The translations under genes and the position numbers were made by a program. DNA of 40,019 nt from a virus (taxonomy: Duplodnaviria; Caudoviricetes), in the IMG/VR virus record IMGVR_UViG_3300032320_001476, positions 1 to 40,019 of that record, one strand, 5' to 3'. How positions within the stretch are numbered: position 1 is the stretch's first letter; every line of letters begins with the position of its first letter. Below the pieces are notes generated by a model. It had not been told where the DNA came from. It worked only from the letters and a program-made list of their open reading frames with translations, and ran no database searches. Positions 7,443 to 16,786 of this stretch are shown in pieces.

Positions 7443-8024
7443 TTAAACCCCCGCCTTGACTAACTGTGACATAACCCATGTTTTTGGGTCTAGGTCGATA
7501 GTCCAAGACGTTGGTTCTTTTCTCATATCTTGTTCGTAAACAATATTTATTTGATCGTGTGTTAGTTTAACTAAGAACCCATCTGTGAGTTGTTTTAGGT
7601 TCGCTTTAACTGTAGCATAGTCAACAAATGCTACAGCAAATTTTCCTTTGATTTGAACAATCATTAAATGATCAAAATCTTTGTCTAGGGTTGTTCGTTG
7701 ATTTTTACTTTCGTAAACGTTTTTTAATTTAAGACTAATTTGTTTTTTAGGTTTGCCAGTCTTAGCAGAAAACATTGGTTCGTTTCCTGTCTTAACTTCT
7801 ACCTCACCGTCTGTCCATGTTGTGAATTTTATATCGTAATCGCGTTCATCAGTCCAGTCAATGTTGTTTGCATGATTGGATAATTTCATTGCGCCAATGA
7901 TGAATTTTTCTTTCATCATTCTATTTGTGGATTCATTTAACACTGTCTGGTGACAGATGTTATGACATGCCTTTGAGAATTTGTTTATGTCTACCCAGTT
8001 TAATAAATCATTATAATTTGCCAT
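7443..8024 (-). CDS. Hypothetical protein, possible PD-(D/E)XK nuclease
   Basis: DYDIKF...EVEVKT resembles the D..ExK catalytic motif. Confidence 0.5.
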   Translation of the reverse strand: MANYNDLLNWVDINKFSKACHNICHQTVLNESTNRMMKEKFIIGAMKLSNHANNIDWTDERDYDIKFTTWTDGEVEVKTGNEPMFSAKTGKPKKQISLKLKNVYESKNQRTTLDKDFDHLMIVQIKGKFAVAFVDYATVKANLKQLTDGFLVKLTHDQINIVYEQDMRKEPTSWTIDLDPKTWVMSQLVKAGV

Positions 8025-8059
8025 TGTGTGCCTTTCTTTTTTATGTTTGCTTTGGCTTA

Positions 8060-8155
8060 TCAGTCGCCGTCTGGAAATTTATCGTGCCAGTCGGCGATCC
8101 ACCATATGGCGAATCCCACAACTACCGCAATAACAATCCAAAACATCCAACTCAT
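8060..8155 (-). CDS. 31-aa single-TM protein MSWMFWIVIAVVVGFAIWWIADWHDKFPDGD
   Basis: Read manually; ATGA overlap with the upstream stop. Confidence 0.6.
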   Translation of the reverse strand: MSWMFWIVIAVVVGFAIWWIADWHDKFPDGD

Positions 8156-8337
8156 AATAGTTCTAAGTCCTTCTTAAACTTTTCAATTTCATCTCTAAGA
8201 TGTAATTTTTCTTTTTTAAGATGACTTACTGCTTTGTCGTCTTGGTATCGATTAAATTCTTCTTGAATTAACCTATCCAAGTCGTCATGCTTCTTTTGTA
8301 AATGCTTAATGTGGTGTTGAATTTTTTCACGATCCAT
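8152..8337 (-). CDS. DUF465/YdcH-like small coiled-coil protein
   Basis: HxxLDxxI...LKKEKLHLRDEI pattern. Confidence 0.75.
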   Translation of the reverse strand: MDREKIQHHIKHLQKKHDDLDRLIQEEFNRYQDDKAVSHLKKEKLHLRDEIEKFKKDLELL

Positions 8338-8536
8338 AGTTTCCCCTATTCAATGCATTTCTCAGTTGATCAACTTCGCTTTTTAAACGACTGCGTTCTC
8401 GATTTATATACTCAACGCTTTCTTGTAATAGTCGAACCTGTTCTTGAAGTTGTCGCATTTGTTGCTCCAGCGGAAGAAGACTAGAGTCTTTCTCGTGTAC
8501 TTGAATCTTTACTTCTTCACTGTATGCTGGAATCAT
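8327..8536 (-). CDS. Hypothetical coiled-coil protein
   Basis: Heptad pattern; overlaps both neighbours. Confidence 0.6.
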   Translation of the reverse strand: MIPAYSEEVKIQVHEKDSSLLPLEQQMRQLQEQVRLLQESVEYINRERSRLKSEVDQLRNALNRGNYGS

Positions 8537-8910
8537 TCTGTAACTTCCTCTTTTGCTGATTCTTCTTGAGTGGCCTTAGGTTCTGGTTTAGGTACTCTTG
8601 CTTCAAACCCGCTGAGTAGATTTGCTCTTGCAGTTTGTACAAGTTTATCTAATTCATCTTCCTGAACGCGACCTTTGGTAAACTCTTTTAATACATCTGC
8701 AAAAGCCGCTCCAACTACTGCGGCGATATCTGCAACTGTGCCAATTGGTTTACCTTCGTTGTGTTTAACCAATACCGCAGTACGTCCATATATAAAATGT
8801 TGAATGTCTCTGTCTAATGTAACTAATACATCAGGAGTTGGTTCATTCATTAATTCTTTGAGCATGTGTGAAAATGTTGCCACATCTCTTTTCATCTCTT
8901 TTTTGTCCAT
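8533..8910 (-). CDS. Hypothetical protein
   Basis: Translationally coupled ORF in the operon. Confidence 0.65.
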   Translation of the reverse strand: MDKKEMKRDVATFSHMLKELMNEPTPDVLVTLDRDIQHFIYGRTAVLVKHNEGKPIGTVADIAAVVGAAFADVLKEFTKGRVQEDELDKLVQTARANLLSGFEARVPKPEPKATQEESAKEEVTE

Positions 8911-9110
8911 TACTTACCTGCGGCTTCTTTACGAGTATTTTTAACTGCTGTTACATCGTTGCGTACTTCTTTACAAAGTTTGGCTAACTCTTGTAAATGT
9001 TTACGAACACGAGTACCTGCGGCATTGACTCCTTTGTCATAGAACTTTTCAAAATCTGTTTCCATTGATTCTACAATCTTTTGAAAGTCTGTAAGTCTGT
9101 TTGTTGCCAT
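8910..9110 (-). CDS. Histone H1-like (Hc1-family) small DNA-binding protein
   Basis: DFEKFYDKGVNAAGTRVRKHLQELAKLCKEVR; strong AAGGAG RBS. Confidence 0.75.
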   Translation of the reverse strand: MATNRLTDFQKIVESMETDFEKFYDKGVNAAGTRVRKHLQELAKLCKEVRNDVTAVKNTRKEAAGK

Positions 9111-9143
9111 AATGTTTCTCCTTGTGTTATTATTATGTATTCA

Positions 9144-9983
9144 TTAGGTCCAAAGACCATGGCGAACTTTGATTAAGCGAATCATCATTTGTTCGTCTTC
9201 CTTTTCATATTCTGCTTCGATCTTACGAAGTAGTTTATGTGCTTTGTCGCTCATCTTACGAAGTTCAGGAGACTTGTCGCTTCTCCAACTTAGTTTGCCA
9301 CCATTGGCTTCACGGCTTGCTTCACAGTAAGCAGTCCAGCCACTTGCTTCATATGGATCAGGACGATTACGATAGGTAACGGTCCACCATGTGTACAAGT
9401 CTAGAATCTCTTGTGCCTTAATGGCTTGATGGGTTAGTTGTCCTAAGTCTTTAGAATCTGTACCAACTTCATCTTCCTTCCAACGAAGGTTACGTTGCCA
9501 TTCTAAATTATCGAGACCTGCTTGTGGACAACGCCATGTGCGGATACGCCACCAACCTACTGCATGCCATGGCATGTTGTACTTAGGACGTTCTTCTGGA
9601 CTCCATGCTAGGTGCCACCACGCAAGTTCGATTTCAACGAAGTCAACAAGTTCGTTAAAAAGACATGGAAGGAATCTATTCCCAACATCGCACCAAGCGC
9701 CAGGACGAATGTCACGAACATGAGCAGTAAGACTATGAGTGCGACTAATCCAACGATTATTAATATAGTACTTGATATCATAAACTTTCCTTACAGGCCA
9801 AGTAACGAAATCCTGAAGGTAACTAAGACCTTCTTCGGCTATCCACCAACGAATAGGATGCGCTGACTTGGCCTTTTCTTCCCAGTCGTTCCATTCTTCG
9901 CTAGTACCCATTTTGAGTTTATTAGTGCCTCGGAGCCAGTCTGCAAATTTACTGCAACTCCAATAATCAGTATGTTGTGCCAT
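9144..9983 (-). CDS. Hypothetical Trp-rich phage protein
   Basis: 279-aa ORF on the dominant strand; no recognised motif. Confidence 0.7.
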   Translation of the reverse strand: MAQHTDYWSCSKFADWLRGTNKLKMGTSEEWNDWEEKAKSAHPIRWWIAEEGLSYLQDFVTWPVRKVYDIKYYINNRWISRTHSLTAHVRDIRPGAWCDVGNRFLPCLFNELVDFVEIELAWWHLAWSPEERPKYNMPWHAVGWWRIRTWRCPQAGLDNLEWQRNLRWKEDEVGTDSKDLGQLTHQAIKAQEILDLYTWWTVTYRNRPDPYEASGWTAYCEASREANGGKLSWRSDKSPELRKMSDKAHKLLRKIEAEYEKEDEQMMIRLIKVRHGLWT

Positions 9984-9987
9984 AGTG

Positions 9988-10554
9988 TTATATTACTTGA
10001 TCTGCTACATTAAAGTCAACCACTTCCTGTGCTGTAAGATATACATCACTGGCTGGTAGTAATTTTGATTTGATTCTGCTAGGAGCCAATCCTGTGGCGT
10101 CTTTCAAAATATCAATCATACGTTGGTTACAAAGATCGTTTTCTTTCATTGTGGCTTTGAGATCATGATACTTGTCTTCCATGGTTTCTGTAAATTGGTG
10201 ACACATGAAACTTGTATTTTTAGACGCATATCTTTCACCTTTGTCTCCGCAGGCAAATATTAAAAATGCCGCACTCATACAAGAGCCGACAGCAATAGTT
10301 CTAACCACGTGAGGACTGCTACGCATAATATCAATTAATGCAAATGCCTGATATAGATCTCCGCCTGTAGAATTGATATACAAAGTAAGAGCCTTGGCTT
10401 TGGCAGTGTCGAGATTTTCATATAGTATCCATTTGATTACAGCACTGATAGAATCCTCGTTGATTTCTCCATTCAAATAATGAATAGAGTTTTCTAGTAA
10501 ACGTAGATCTATTCTTTGGTCTGCATCAAATTCGTCAATTTTTTTCATTATCAC
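9988..10554 (-). CDS. clpP: ClpP-like protease subunit
   Basis: LYINSTGG, catalytic Ser in GSCMSAA, His in MCHQ, YLTAQE. Confidence 0.85.
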   Translation of the reverse strand: MIMKKIDEFDADQRIDLRLLENSIHYLNGEINEDSISAVIKWILYENLDTAKAKALTLYINSTGGDLYQAFALIDIMRSSPHVVRTIAVGSCMSAAFLIFACGDKGERYASKNTSFMCHQFTETMEDKYHDLKATMKENDLCNQRMIDILKDATGLAPSRIKSKLLPASDVYLTAQEVVDFNVADQVI

Positions 10555-10853
10555 TCCGGTATGTATTGTCCAAAACCATTTTCTTGAAAATGAGTATAAA
10601 TTACGTCCTTGTCTTCTTCTGAAAACTCTTTAACTTCTTGTGCAAACATATTAATGTTAGTAGTGCCGGCAGTATTTTTAGAACTTACCAGCATTTGTAA
10701 TACATCAGCCAAATGTCCTAGTTTTTCTAAGCCTATATCGGTTTCTCCGTCTTCTATTAATTTGTATGCTCTTTCCGCCTGTGTAGAGCAATATTCGAAC
10801 ATTGATGCTTCAAATTTTTGAACGTGGGTTTGTGACATGATTCCTTGTTTCAT
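10551..10853 (-). CDS. Hypothetical protein
   Basis: Overlaps the clpP start; promoter directly upstream. Confidence 0.6.
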   Translation of the reverse strand: MKQGIMSQTHVQKFEASMFEYCSTQAERAYKLIEDGETDIGLEKLGHLADVLQMLVSSKNTAGTTNINMFAQEVKEFSEEDKDVIYTHFQENGFGQYIPE

Positions 10854-10864
10854 TAAGTGCTACG

Positions 10865-10917
10865 ATTATAACACTCTTGTATTTAACCTGTCAAATACTT
10901 ATCTACTCACATAAATA
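10865..10917. promoter_or_regulatory. Divergent promoter region
   Basis: Minus strand TTGACA-N18-TATAAT (10894-10865); plus strand TAAATA at 10912-10917. Confidence 0.6.
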
Positions 10918-10943
10918 TTGATATTAAGAGCGGGAGCGTAAAA

Positions 10944-11225
10944 ATGGGCGATATTTTCAAAATAATTGGTGATTTGGGTATGCCAGTGGCAGCGGCTTTG
11001 GCGGGTGGATATTTTGTTTATCTAACCATTAAGTTGTTGTTACAGGGTGTTTTAGGTAGTATTAAAGGAATGGCTGGTATTATTACAGCATTGGATAATC
11101 GTGTAAAAACTATGAATCACGATGTTGTACGTATTGATACTATTGTTAGTAACGCATTAGGATTACGCCCTGACGTAGATCGCATTGCCAGAGCAGATGG
11201 AAAAAACGATGCTAGAAGAGACTAA
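10944..11225 (+). CDS. Small membrane protein (TM plus coiled coil), paralog-like to 13544-13861
   Basis: N-terminal TM, ALDNRVKTMNHDVVRID; GGGAG RBS. Confidence 0.75.
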   Translation: MGDIFKIIGDLGMPVAAALAGGYFVYLTIKLLLQGVLGSIKGMAGIITALDNRVKTMNHDVVRIDTIVSNALGLRPDVDRIARADGKNDARRD

Positions 11226-11370
11226 ATTTAATTTATTAGACGGTGTAATTAAACTACACGATATTGCTAGATTAATTGAACAAGAAATTGGTCAAGGTAA
11301 TCTCAGTGATGATATAAGAAACTGTGCTAACAGACTTAATGTTTTACTTAAAGAAGAAGTGATCAGATGA
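11209..11370 (+). CDS. Hypothetical protein
   Basis: Packed ORF; start uncertain. Confidence 0.55.
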   Translation: MLEETKFNLLDGVIKLHDIARLIEQEIGQGNLSDDIRNCANRLNVLLKEEVIR

Positions 11371-11561
11371 GACATTACGATTACGATTGGGATTTAGAAC
11401 CTTGGGGTATTACATTCGACCCTGAGCTCGACATAGATAAACTAGGATGGAAACATGGAGACTGTTTTAAAGTCACTAATGTTGACGGCCGTGCTATGTT
11501 AGTTAAATTAGATCCAGTGGAACAGTTTTCAAAAGGACATAGGGTGAATTGCGATGAGTAA
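11367..11561 (+). CDS. Hypothetical protein
   Basis: ATGA overlap with the upstream gene. Confidence 0.6.
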   Translation: MRHYDYDWDLEPWGITFDPELDIDKLGWKHGDCFKVTNVDGRAMLVKLDPVEQFSKGHRVNCDE

Positions 11562-11700
11562 ATTTCAAGCATGGTATGATAGCCTGCCAGATCACACAAA
11601 AGAATATTTAAAAAAACAACCAGTATGGCATGATCGAGATATGTATAAAGCCTTGGCAATTGGCTTTGCTATAGGTCTAGTAGTCGGCTTAATTGCCTAA
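11554..11700 (+). CDS. 48-aa protein with C-terminal membrane anchor
   Basis: Read manually: MSKFQAWYDSLPDHTKEYLKKQPVWHDRDMYKALAIGFAIGLVVGLIA; fills the gap. Confidence 0.6.
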   Translation: MSKFQAWYDSLPDHTKEYLKKQPVWHDRDMYKALAIGFAIGLVVGLIA

Positions 11701-11715
11701 GGACATAATAACACA

Positions 11716-12762
11716 ATGGCTACTATATTCATATGGGATGGTAAGGGCTATACAGATCGGTGGAAAAACATATATGTTAACGGACAAACACTATTAGTAC
11801 CGTTAGTGGATTATCGTAGTAACAAAATAACAGAAGATGTTGTTGTTGTTGAACCTGCTGTTGAAGTTATAACTCCCGACCCAGTTGTTGAACAAGAGGA
11901 AGAAATTGTGAATCAAGAAACTATATTAAACTATTATGACACACTGACTATAAGTGATCGAGCAACATTAACTGCTTCGCTTCGAACAACTGAGCTGGCC
12001 ATCCTAGCACGTGAACGGGCAGAACTTATAGCACGTAATAAAGCATTAGGTGTACCTAACGGCAAGACCAGAGAAGAATACAGCACCAGTGCTTGGCAGA
12101 TCAAACAAGACTATCCAGACAGTGAAGATGGTTTATATTGGATTCGTAATGACGATTTCAACAATGGCGACCCTGTACAAGTTTACTGTGACATGACTAC
12201 CGTAGGCGGTGGCTGGACATTGGTTGTACAGAACTCAGGCGGTACATGGACTCCAGAGCAAGTGTATAGTCTTAATGCTACAACACCTCCCGCACAGTTA
12301 GTTGGTTACGATGTGCAATCAGCAGACTATAACTACAGTATTTTAAGTTGGGCTGACAAGATTAAACGTAGTGAGTCAGGATTTGATTATATGCTTACTG
12401 CTCACGAGCACGGATCACTAGGTGGTGCTTGGACTGCTAACGAAGCATACTCGTTTATACAAACTCTTGAAGATGTTAATTTAGGTGACCCAGGCTTGGG
12501 CACAGAGGGATGGCGCAAGAACATTACAGAACTAGCACGTTTTGGACTCAATGGTAAGACTTGGACTTATGACAGTGAAGGTCTAGAAGCACGTATGCCT
12601 TGGGTAGGTATTGGTATTAACAATGGTTGGTTGACCACAGATGGATTCCGTGGCGGCTGGTGGGGAACAATTATTACCAGTGAAGGTTGGTATCCTGCGC
12701 CGTGGATGAGTAATATTGAAGGCGGCAACCATCCAGGTGCTATTTGGTATTGGGTAAGATAA
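11716..12762 (+). CDS. Fibrinogen-related (YCDxxxxGGGW) domain protein
   Basis: SAWQIK...DGLYWI...VYCDMTTVGGGWTLV. Confidence 0.75.
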   Translation: MATIFIWDGKGYTDRWKNIYVNGQTLLVPLVDYRSNKITEDVVVVEPAVEVITPDPVVEQEEEIVNQETILNYYDTLTISDRATLTASLRTTELAILARERAELIARNKALGVPNGKTREEYSTSAWQIKQDYPDSEDGLYWIRNDDFNNGDPVQVYCDMTTVGGGWTLVVQNSGGTWTPEQVYSLNATTPPAQLVGYDVQSADYNYSILSWADKIKRSESGFDYMLTAHEHGSLGGAWTANEAYSFIQTLEDVNLGDPGLGTEGWRKNITELARFGLNGKTWTYDSEGLEARMPWVGIGINNGWLTTDGFRGGWWGTIITSEGWYPAPWMSNIEGGNHPGAIWYWVR

Positions 12763-12771
12763 GGAAAATGT

Positions 12772-13542
12772 GTGGATCCTGTAACCCTATTTGCTCTTGC
12801 TAATGGTGCAGTCTCTGCCGTCAAGGCAGGATGTAAACTATACAAGGACATAAAGGGTGCGGCAGGAGAAGTCAAGGAAGTACTTAAAGATCTTGACAGT
12901 CAGTTCCACAAGATGTACGATGGAAAACCTGTACCACCGGAAGCAAAAAAGCAATTACAGGAAGAAAAAGCTCGTGTAGTAGAGTTAAATAAAAAAGCAA
13001 ACGCAGGTGAAACAACAGGCATTTACACAGAGATAGGCGAGCATCTAGGTACATACTATGATAACTTTTACAAATGTCTAGCAATATTTAAAGAAGAAGA
13101 ACGCCGTGCTAAGACAGAAGTATATACTGGAGATGCTAGTTTAGGTAAACGTGCTCTACAACGTGTGCTAATGAAAAAGCAATTAGAACAAATGAGTGTA
13201 GACTTACGTGAGTTAATGGTATATCAAAGTCCTCCTGAACTAGGAGCCTTGTATACAGAAGTTGAAGCAATGATGAAGCAGATGGGTAAAGAACAAAGTA
13301 TTCTTATTACTCAACAAATGCAACGTCAGGCAGTTATAGAAAAAAGACGTCAGGCAAGATTAAAAAGAATAAGAGATGAATTTGTAGTAGGTGTTGCAGT
13401 TATCATAATAATTTTTGTTACAGGCGGTATGTTTATGTATGTAGCATATGATAGGCAACAAAAATATCCACAATACGGTGATGGACTGCTACCGAGAGAT
13501 CCTAACAAGAAAGAACAGAAATACATTTACATAGGAAGATAA
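12772..13542 (+). CDS. Hypothetical coiled-coil protein with C-terminal TM
   Basis: GTG start with AAGGA RBS; TM FVVGVAVIIIIFVTGGMFMYV. Confidence 0.7.
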   Translation: MDPVTLFALANGAVSAVKAGCKLYKDIKGAAGEVKEVLKDLDSQFHKMYDGKPVPPEAKKQLQEEKARVVELNKKANAGETTGIYTEIGEHLGTYYDNFYKCLAIFKEEERRAKTEVYTGDASLGKRALQRVLMKKQLEQMSVDLRELMVYQSPPELGALYTEVEAMMKQMGKEQSILITQQMQRQAVIEKRRQARLKRIRDEFVVGVAVIIIIFVTGGMFMYVAYDRQQKYPQYGDGLLPRDPNKKEQKYIYIGR

Positions 13543-13543
13543 A

Positions 13544-13861
13544 ATGGATGTCGTAGAGTTAGTTAACAAATATGGATTCCCAATTGTCATGGCAGTTGGG
13601 ATGGGCTTTATTATTAAGTACGTTTGGGAGTGGGCAACAAAAGAAGTCAAGCCTGTGATCAGTGATGCTAACACAGTTCTTATTGCACTAATAGATCGCA
13701 TTCGTATGCTGGACAATGACTTGATTCGCTTAAATCAAAAGGTTAATACTGTGTTACACTTGCGTGGTAAGACAATTGAATACGAACGTGTTGAGGCAGA
13801 AAAAGAAATTAACAAGCACGACGAGCCAGACGATAAAGAAGCCAAAGGCGGAAGCTCATAA
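13544..13861 (+). CDS. Small membrane protein, paralog-like to 10944-11225
   Basis: [12 protein letters not shown]...[16 protein letters not shown]. Confidence 0.75.
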   Translation: MDVVELVNKYGFPIVMAVGMGFIIKYVWEWATKEVKPVISDANTVLIALIDRIRMLDNDLIRLNQKVNTVLHLRGKTIEYERVEAEKEINKHDEPDDKEAKGGSS

Positions 13862-13889
13862 AATAAATACTTGTCAGGAGGACACAACC

Positions 13890-14048
13890 ATGAAACAGAA
13901 AAAGTTATTACCTAAACTGTACAGGGCTTGCGTCGACCATGATACAGAAACGGTTTCCGAACTACGTAAAAAAGAGTTCGCTAAGATACTGAAACACAAG
14001 GCCGAAGGCAAACCATTTACAACAAAATGGACGCTGGTGCAGATTTAA
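13890..14048 (+). CDS. Small basic hypothetical protein, 52 aa
   Basis: AGGAGG RBS before ATG 13890; TAAATA at 13864-13869. Confidence 0.6.
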   Translation: MKQKKLLPKLYRACVDHDTETVSELRKKEFAKILKHKAEGKPFTTKWTLVQI

Positions 14049-14092
14049 CACAACTGTAACATTACACACACTCTAGAGCGATAAATATTGCT

Positions 14093-14932
14093 ATGCAAAA
14101 GACTTATCGCTCTATTTTTATATCTGATGTACACTTAGGGACTAGGGATAGTCAGGCAGACAAACTCAATAACTTCCTAAAACACAATACATGCGAAACA
14201 CTCTACATGGTAGGGGACATACTAGATGTATGGCGCATACAACAAAACAAATGGCGTTGGAAACAATCACACACCAACGTTGTAAGACGTATACTTGGAC
14301 ACGCTAAACGTGGCACACGAGTAATCTACGTAGCAGGTAATCACGATGAATTCTTAAGACCCTTAATGCCCTATGGTATTAACTTTGGCAACATTGAAAT
14401 TGTAAATCAAATAGAACACATAGGTGTAGATACCAAACACTATCTAGTCACACACGGCGACTTGTTCGATGGCATCACTAGACTGGCACCTTGGATTGCG
14501 TTTTTAGGCGATAAGGCCTATGACTTTATTCTTGGCCTTAACAGCAAGTTTAATTGGCTACGTCATCGCATGGGATTCGGGTATTGGAGTCTTAGTCAGT
14601 ACCTCAAAGGCAGAGTTAAAAAGGCAGTAGACTTTATATTTCAATTTGAAAAGAATCTAGTGGCTTACTGTAAGAAACGTGGCTTTGATGGGGTTATCTG
14701 TGGACACATACATCACGCAGAAATTAAAGAGATAGATGGCATTGTTTATATGAATGACGGCGACTGGGTTGAAAGTTGTACAGCACTTGTAGAGCATCAC
14801 GATGGTCGGTGGGAAATAATAACTTGGACTAAGGAGAGCGACAATGTGGTTGTTAATAATACTAGCGATACACGTAAACGATCCAAAGGACAATCCGGGA
14901 AGAGTGACACTGGAATTTCCGACACAGATTGA
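14093..14932 (+). CDS. Metallophosphoesterase of the PlcP/LpxH-like family
   Basis: SDVHLG, VGDILD, GNHDE, HGD, GHIH, NDGDWVESCTALVE; adjacent GT4 as in plcP-agt loci. Confidence 0.85.
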   Translation: MQKTYRSIFISDVHLGTRDSQADKLNNFLKHNTCETLYMVGDILDVWRIQQNKWRWKQSHTNVVRRILGHAKRGTRVIYVAGNHDEFLRPLMPYGINFGNIEIVNQIEHIGVDTKHYLVTHGDLFDGITRLAPWIAFLGDKAYDFILGLNSKFNWLRHRMGFGYWSLSQYLKGRVKKAVDFIFQFEKNLVAYCKKRGFDGVICGHIHHAEIKEIDGIVYMNDGDWVESCTALVEHHDGRWEIITWTKESDNVVVNNTSDTRKRSKGQSGKSDTGISDTD

Positions 14933-15017
14933 ATGCGAAAGAGCACGATCAACTATATCTAGTTGGTTAAAATTTGAAAGTTTTAAGGTGGTAAGCGAAT
15001 GCAAAAAACAATTTTAA
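14844..15017 (+). CDS. 57-aa putative exported peptide overlapping both neighbours
   Basis: AAGGAG RBS; MWLLIILAIHVNDPKDNPGRVTLEFPTQIECERARS...SECKKQF with two Cys. Confidence 0.5.
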   Translation: MWLLIILAIHVNDPKDNPGRVTLEFPTQIECERARSTISSWLKFESFKVVSECKKQF

Positions 15018-15991
15018 TCGTTACAGACAATTTACCGGAGCAGATCAATGGTGTGGTTACGACCTATAAAAATATTGAGGCGTGTGCGATTCGGGACAAC
15101 TATCGTGTTGTATATCTTGATCCCGGGAGGTTCCGCTATGTTGATTGCCCTGGCTACAACGAAGTCAAGATTGCCTTTCCCAGGAAGGTGGGCAAGATAC
15201 TTGAGGAGATCAATCCGGATTATATCCACATCGCCACAGAGGGTCCTGTGGGTCTGTGTGTTAGACAATATCTTGACAAACACGGTTATCGCTACAATAC
15301 TGCTTATCATACTAAGTTTCCAGAAGGACTTAGAGCCTTATTTGGAATCCCTGAGAGCCTTACTTGGCCTTTAGTACGCTGGTTCCACAAGCACAGCGGT
15401 AAAGTGCTGACCACAACTGACACAATGGTTAAGGAGTTACAGGATCATGGATTTGATGGAAATGTTATACCGTGGACTCGTGGAGTTAATCGTGATATAT
15501 TTTATCCTGGTGAGCGCAACAACAGCAATAGGCTTACTCTTGTATGCGTTAGTCGTGTATCTAAAGAAAAGAATTTGGAAGAATTCTTCCAATTAGACTA
15601 TCCAGGCGCACATAAGATTATGGTAGGCGATGGTCCTATGTTAGAAGAATACAAAGAAAAATATCCTGCTGTTGAGTTTGTAGGAGCCAAACGTGGCCAA
15701 GAACTAGGTGACTATTATCGTCGGGCAGATGTATTTGTATTTCCAAGTCGTTGGGAAACATTTGGACTTGTTATGATTGAAGCAATGGCTTGTGGTACAC
15801 CGGTAGCGGCTTATCCATGTCAAGGTCCATTAGACGTAATTGATGAAGGTGTTACTGGTTGTATGAATGAAGACTTAAAACAAGCAGTCAAAGACTCACT
15901 AATGCTCAATCGTCAAAAGGTATGGGAAGGTAGTGGTCGCTGGACTTGGGAAAGAGCATGGGAAATCTTTAGGGATAACCTTGTAAAGTAA
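14999..15991 (+). CDS. GT4 glycosyltransferase (Agt-like)
   Basis: QINGVV, HIATEGPVG, YHTKFPE, RVSKEKN, ETFGLVMIEAMACGTPV. Confidence 0.9.
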   Translation: MQKTILIVTDNLPEQINGVVTTYKNIEACAIRDNYRVVYLDPGRFRYVDCPGYNEVKIAFPRKVGKILEEINPDYIHIATEGPVGLCVRQYLDKHGYRYNTAYHTKFPEGLRALFGIPESLTWPLVRWFHKHSGKVLTTTDTMVKELQDHGFDGNVIPWTRGVNRDIFYPGERNNSNRLTLVCVSRVSKEKNLEEFFQLDYPGAHKIMVGDGPMLEEYKEKYPAVEFVGAKRGQELGDYYRRADVFVFPSRWETFGLVMIEAMACGTPVAAYPCQGPLDVIDEGVTGCMNEDLKQAVKDSLMLNRQKVWEGSGRWTWERAWEIFRDNLVK

Positions 15992-16033
15992 CTCGCCTCG
16001 CTGGTGGCGTAGAGTAGGATAAGTAACCAGTAG

Positions 16034-16054
16034 TAGGGCGCAAGCCCTATTTTT
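16034..16054 (+). terminator. Intrinsic terminator
   Basis: TAGGGC-GCAA-GCCCTA-TTTTT. Confidence 0.7.
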
Positions 16055-16069
16055 ACGGATAAATATTGT

Positions 16070-16786
16070 ATGGACAAAATTATAGCAACGTTAGTAATGA
16101 CGCACATTACAATAGTGTCAGTTACCTTATACTTACATAGATGCCAAGCACATAGGGGAATTGAGTTCCACCCTATACTAAGTCATTTTATGCGATTTTG
16201 GCTTTGGATGACAACGGGCATGACTACTAAGCAATGGGTAGCGATCCACCGTAAGCATCATCAAAATACAGACGTAGAAGGCGATCCACATAGCCCACAC
16301 GTATTTGGTATTTGGCAATTAGTCTTTGGCGGAGTTAAGTTTTATAATCGAGCAGGTAGCGATGCTCATATGGTTATAAAATACGGAGCAGGCACTCCTA
16401 AAGACTGGATTGAACGCAAACTTTATACACCCCACCATCGCCTTGGCATTCTTTTAATGCTGATCATAGATCTATTGTTCTTTGGGCCATGGGGATTGCT
16501 AGTGTGGGGTGTTCAGATGATATGGATACCGTTCTGGGCCGCAGGCTTTATCAACGGTGTTGGACACTGGTGGGGATATCGCAATGGTGAAACTAAAGAC
16601 CACAGTCATAATGTAATGCCTTGGGGTATACTAATCGGTGGTGAAGAACTACATAACAACCATCACTTAGATCCTGCTAATCCTAAGTTAAGTCGCAAGT
16701 GGTTTGAGTTTGATATTGGCTGGATGTGGTTTAAATTATTTGAACTAGTTGGGCTTGCAAAGATTAGAACTCTTAATCCCGTTTAA
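16070..16786 (+). CDS. Membrane fatty-acid (delta-9-like) desaturase
   Basis: His boxes HRCQAH, HRKHH, HNNHH; FEFDIGW. Confidence 0.92.
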   Translation: MDKIIATLVMTHITIVSVTLYLHRCQAHRGIEFHPILSHFMRFWLWMTTGMTTKQWVAIHRKHHQNTDVEGDPHSPHVFGIWQLVFGGVKFYNRAGSDAHMVIKYGAGTPKDWIERKLYTPHHRLGILLMLIIDLLFFGPWGLLVWGVQMIWIPFWAAGFINGVGHWWGYRNGETKDHSHNVMPWGILIGGEELHNNHHLDPANPKLSRKWFEFDIGWMWFKLFELVGLAKIRTLNPV

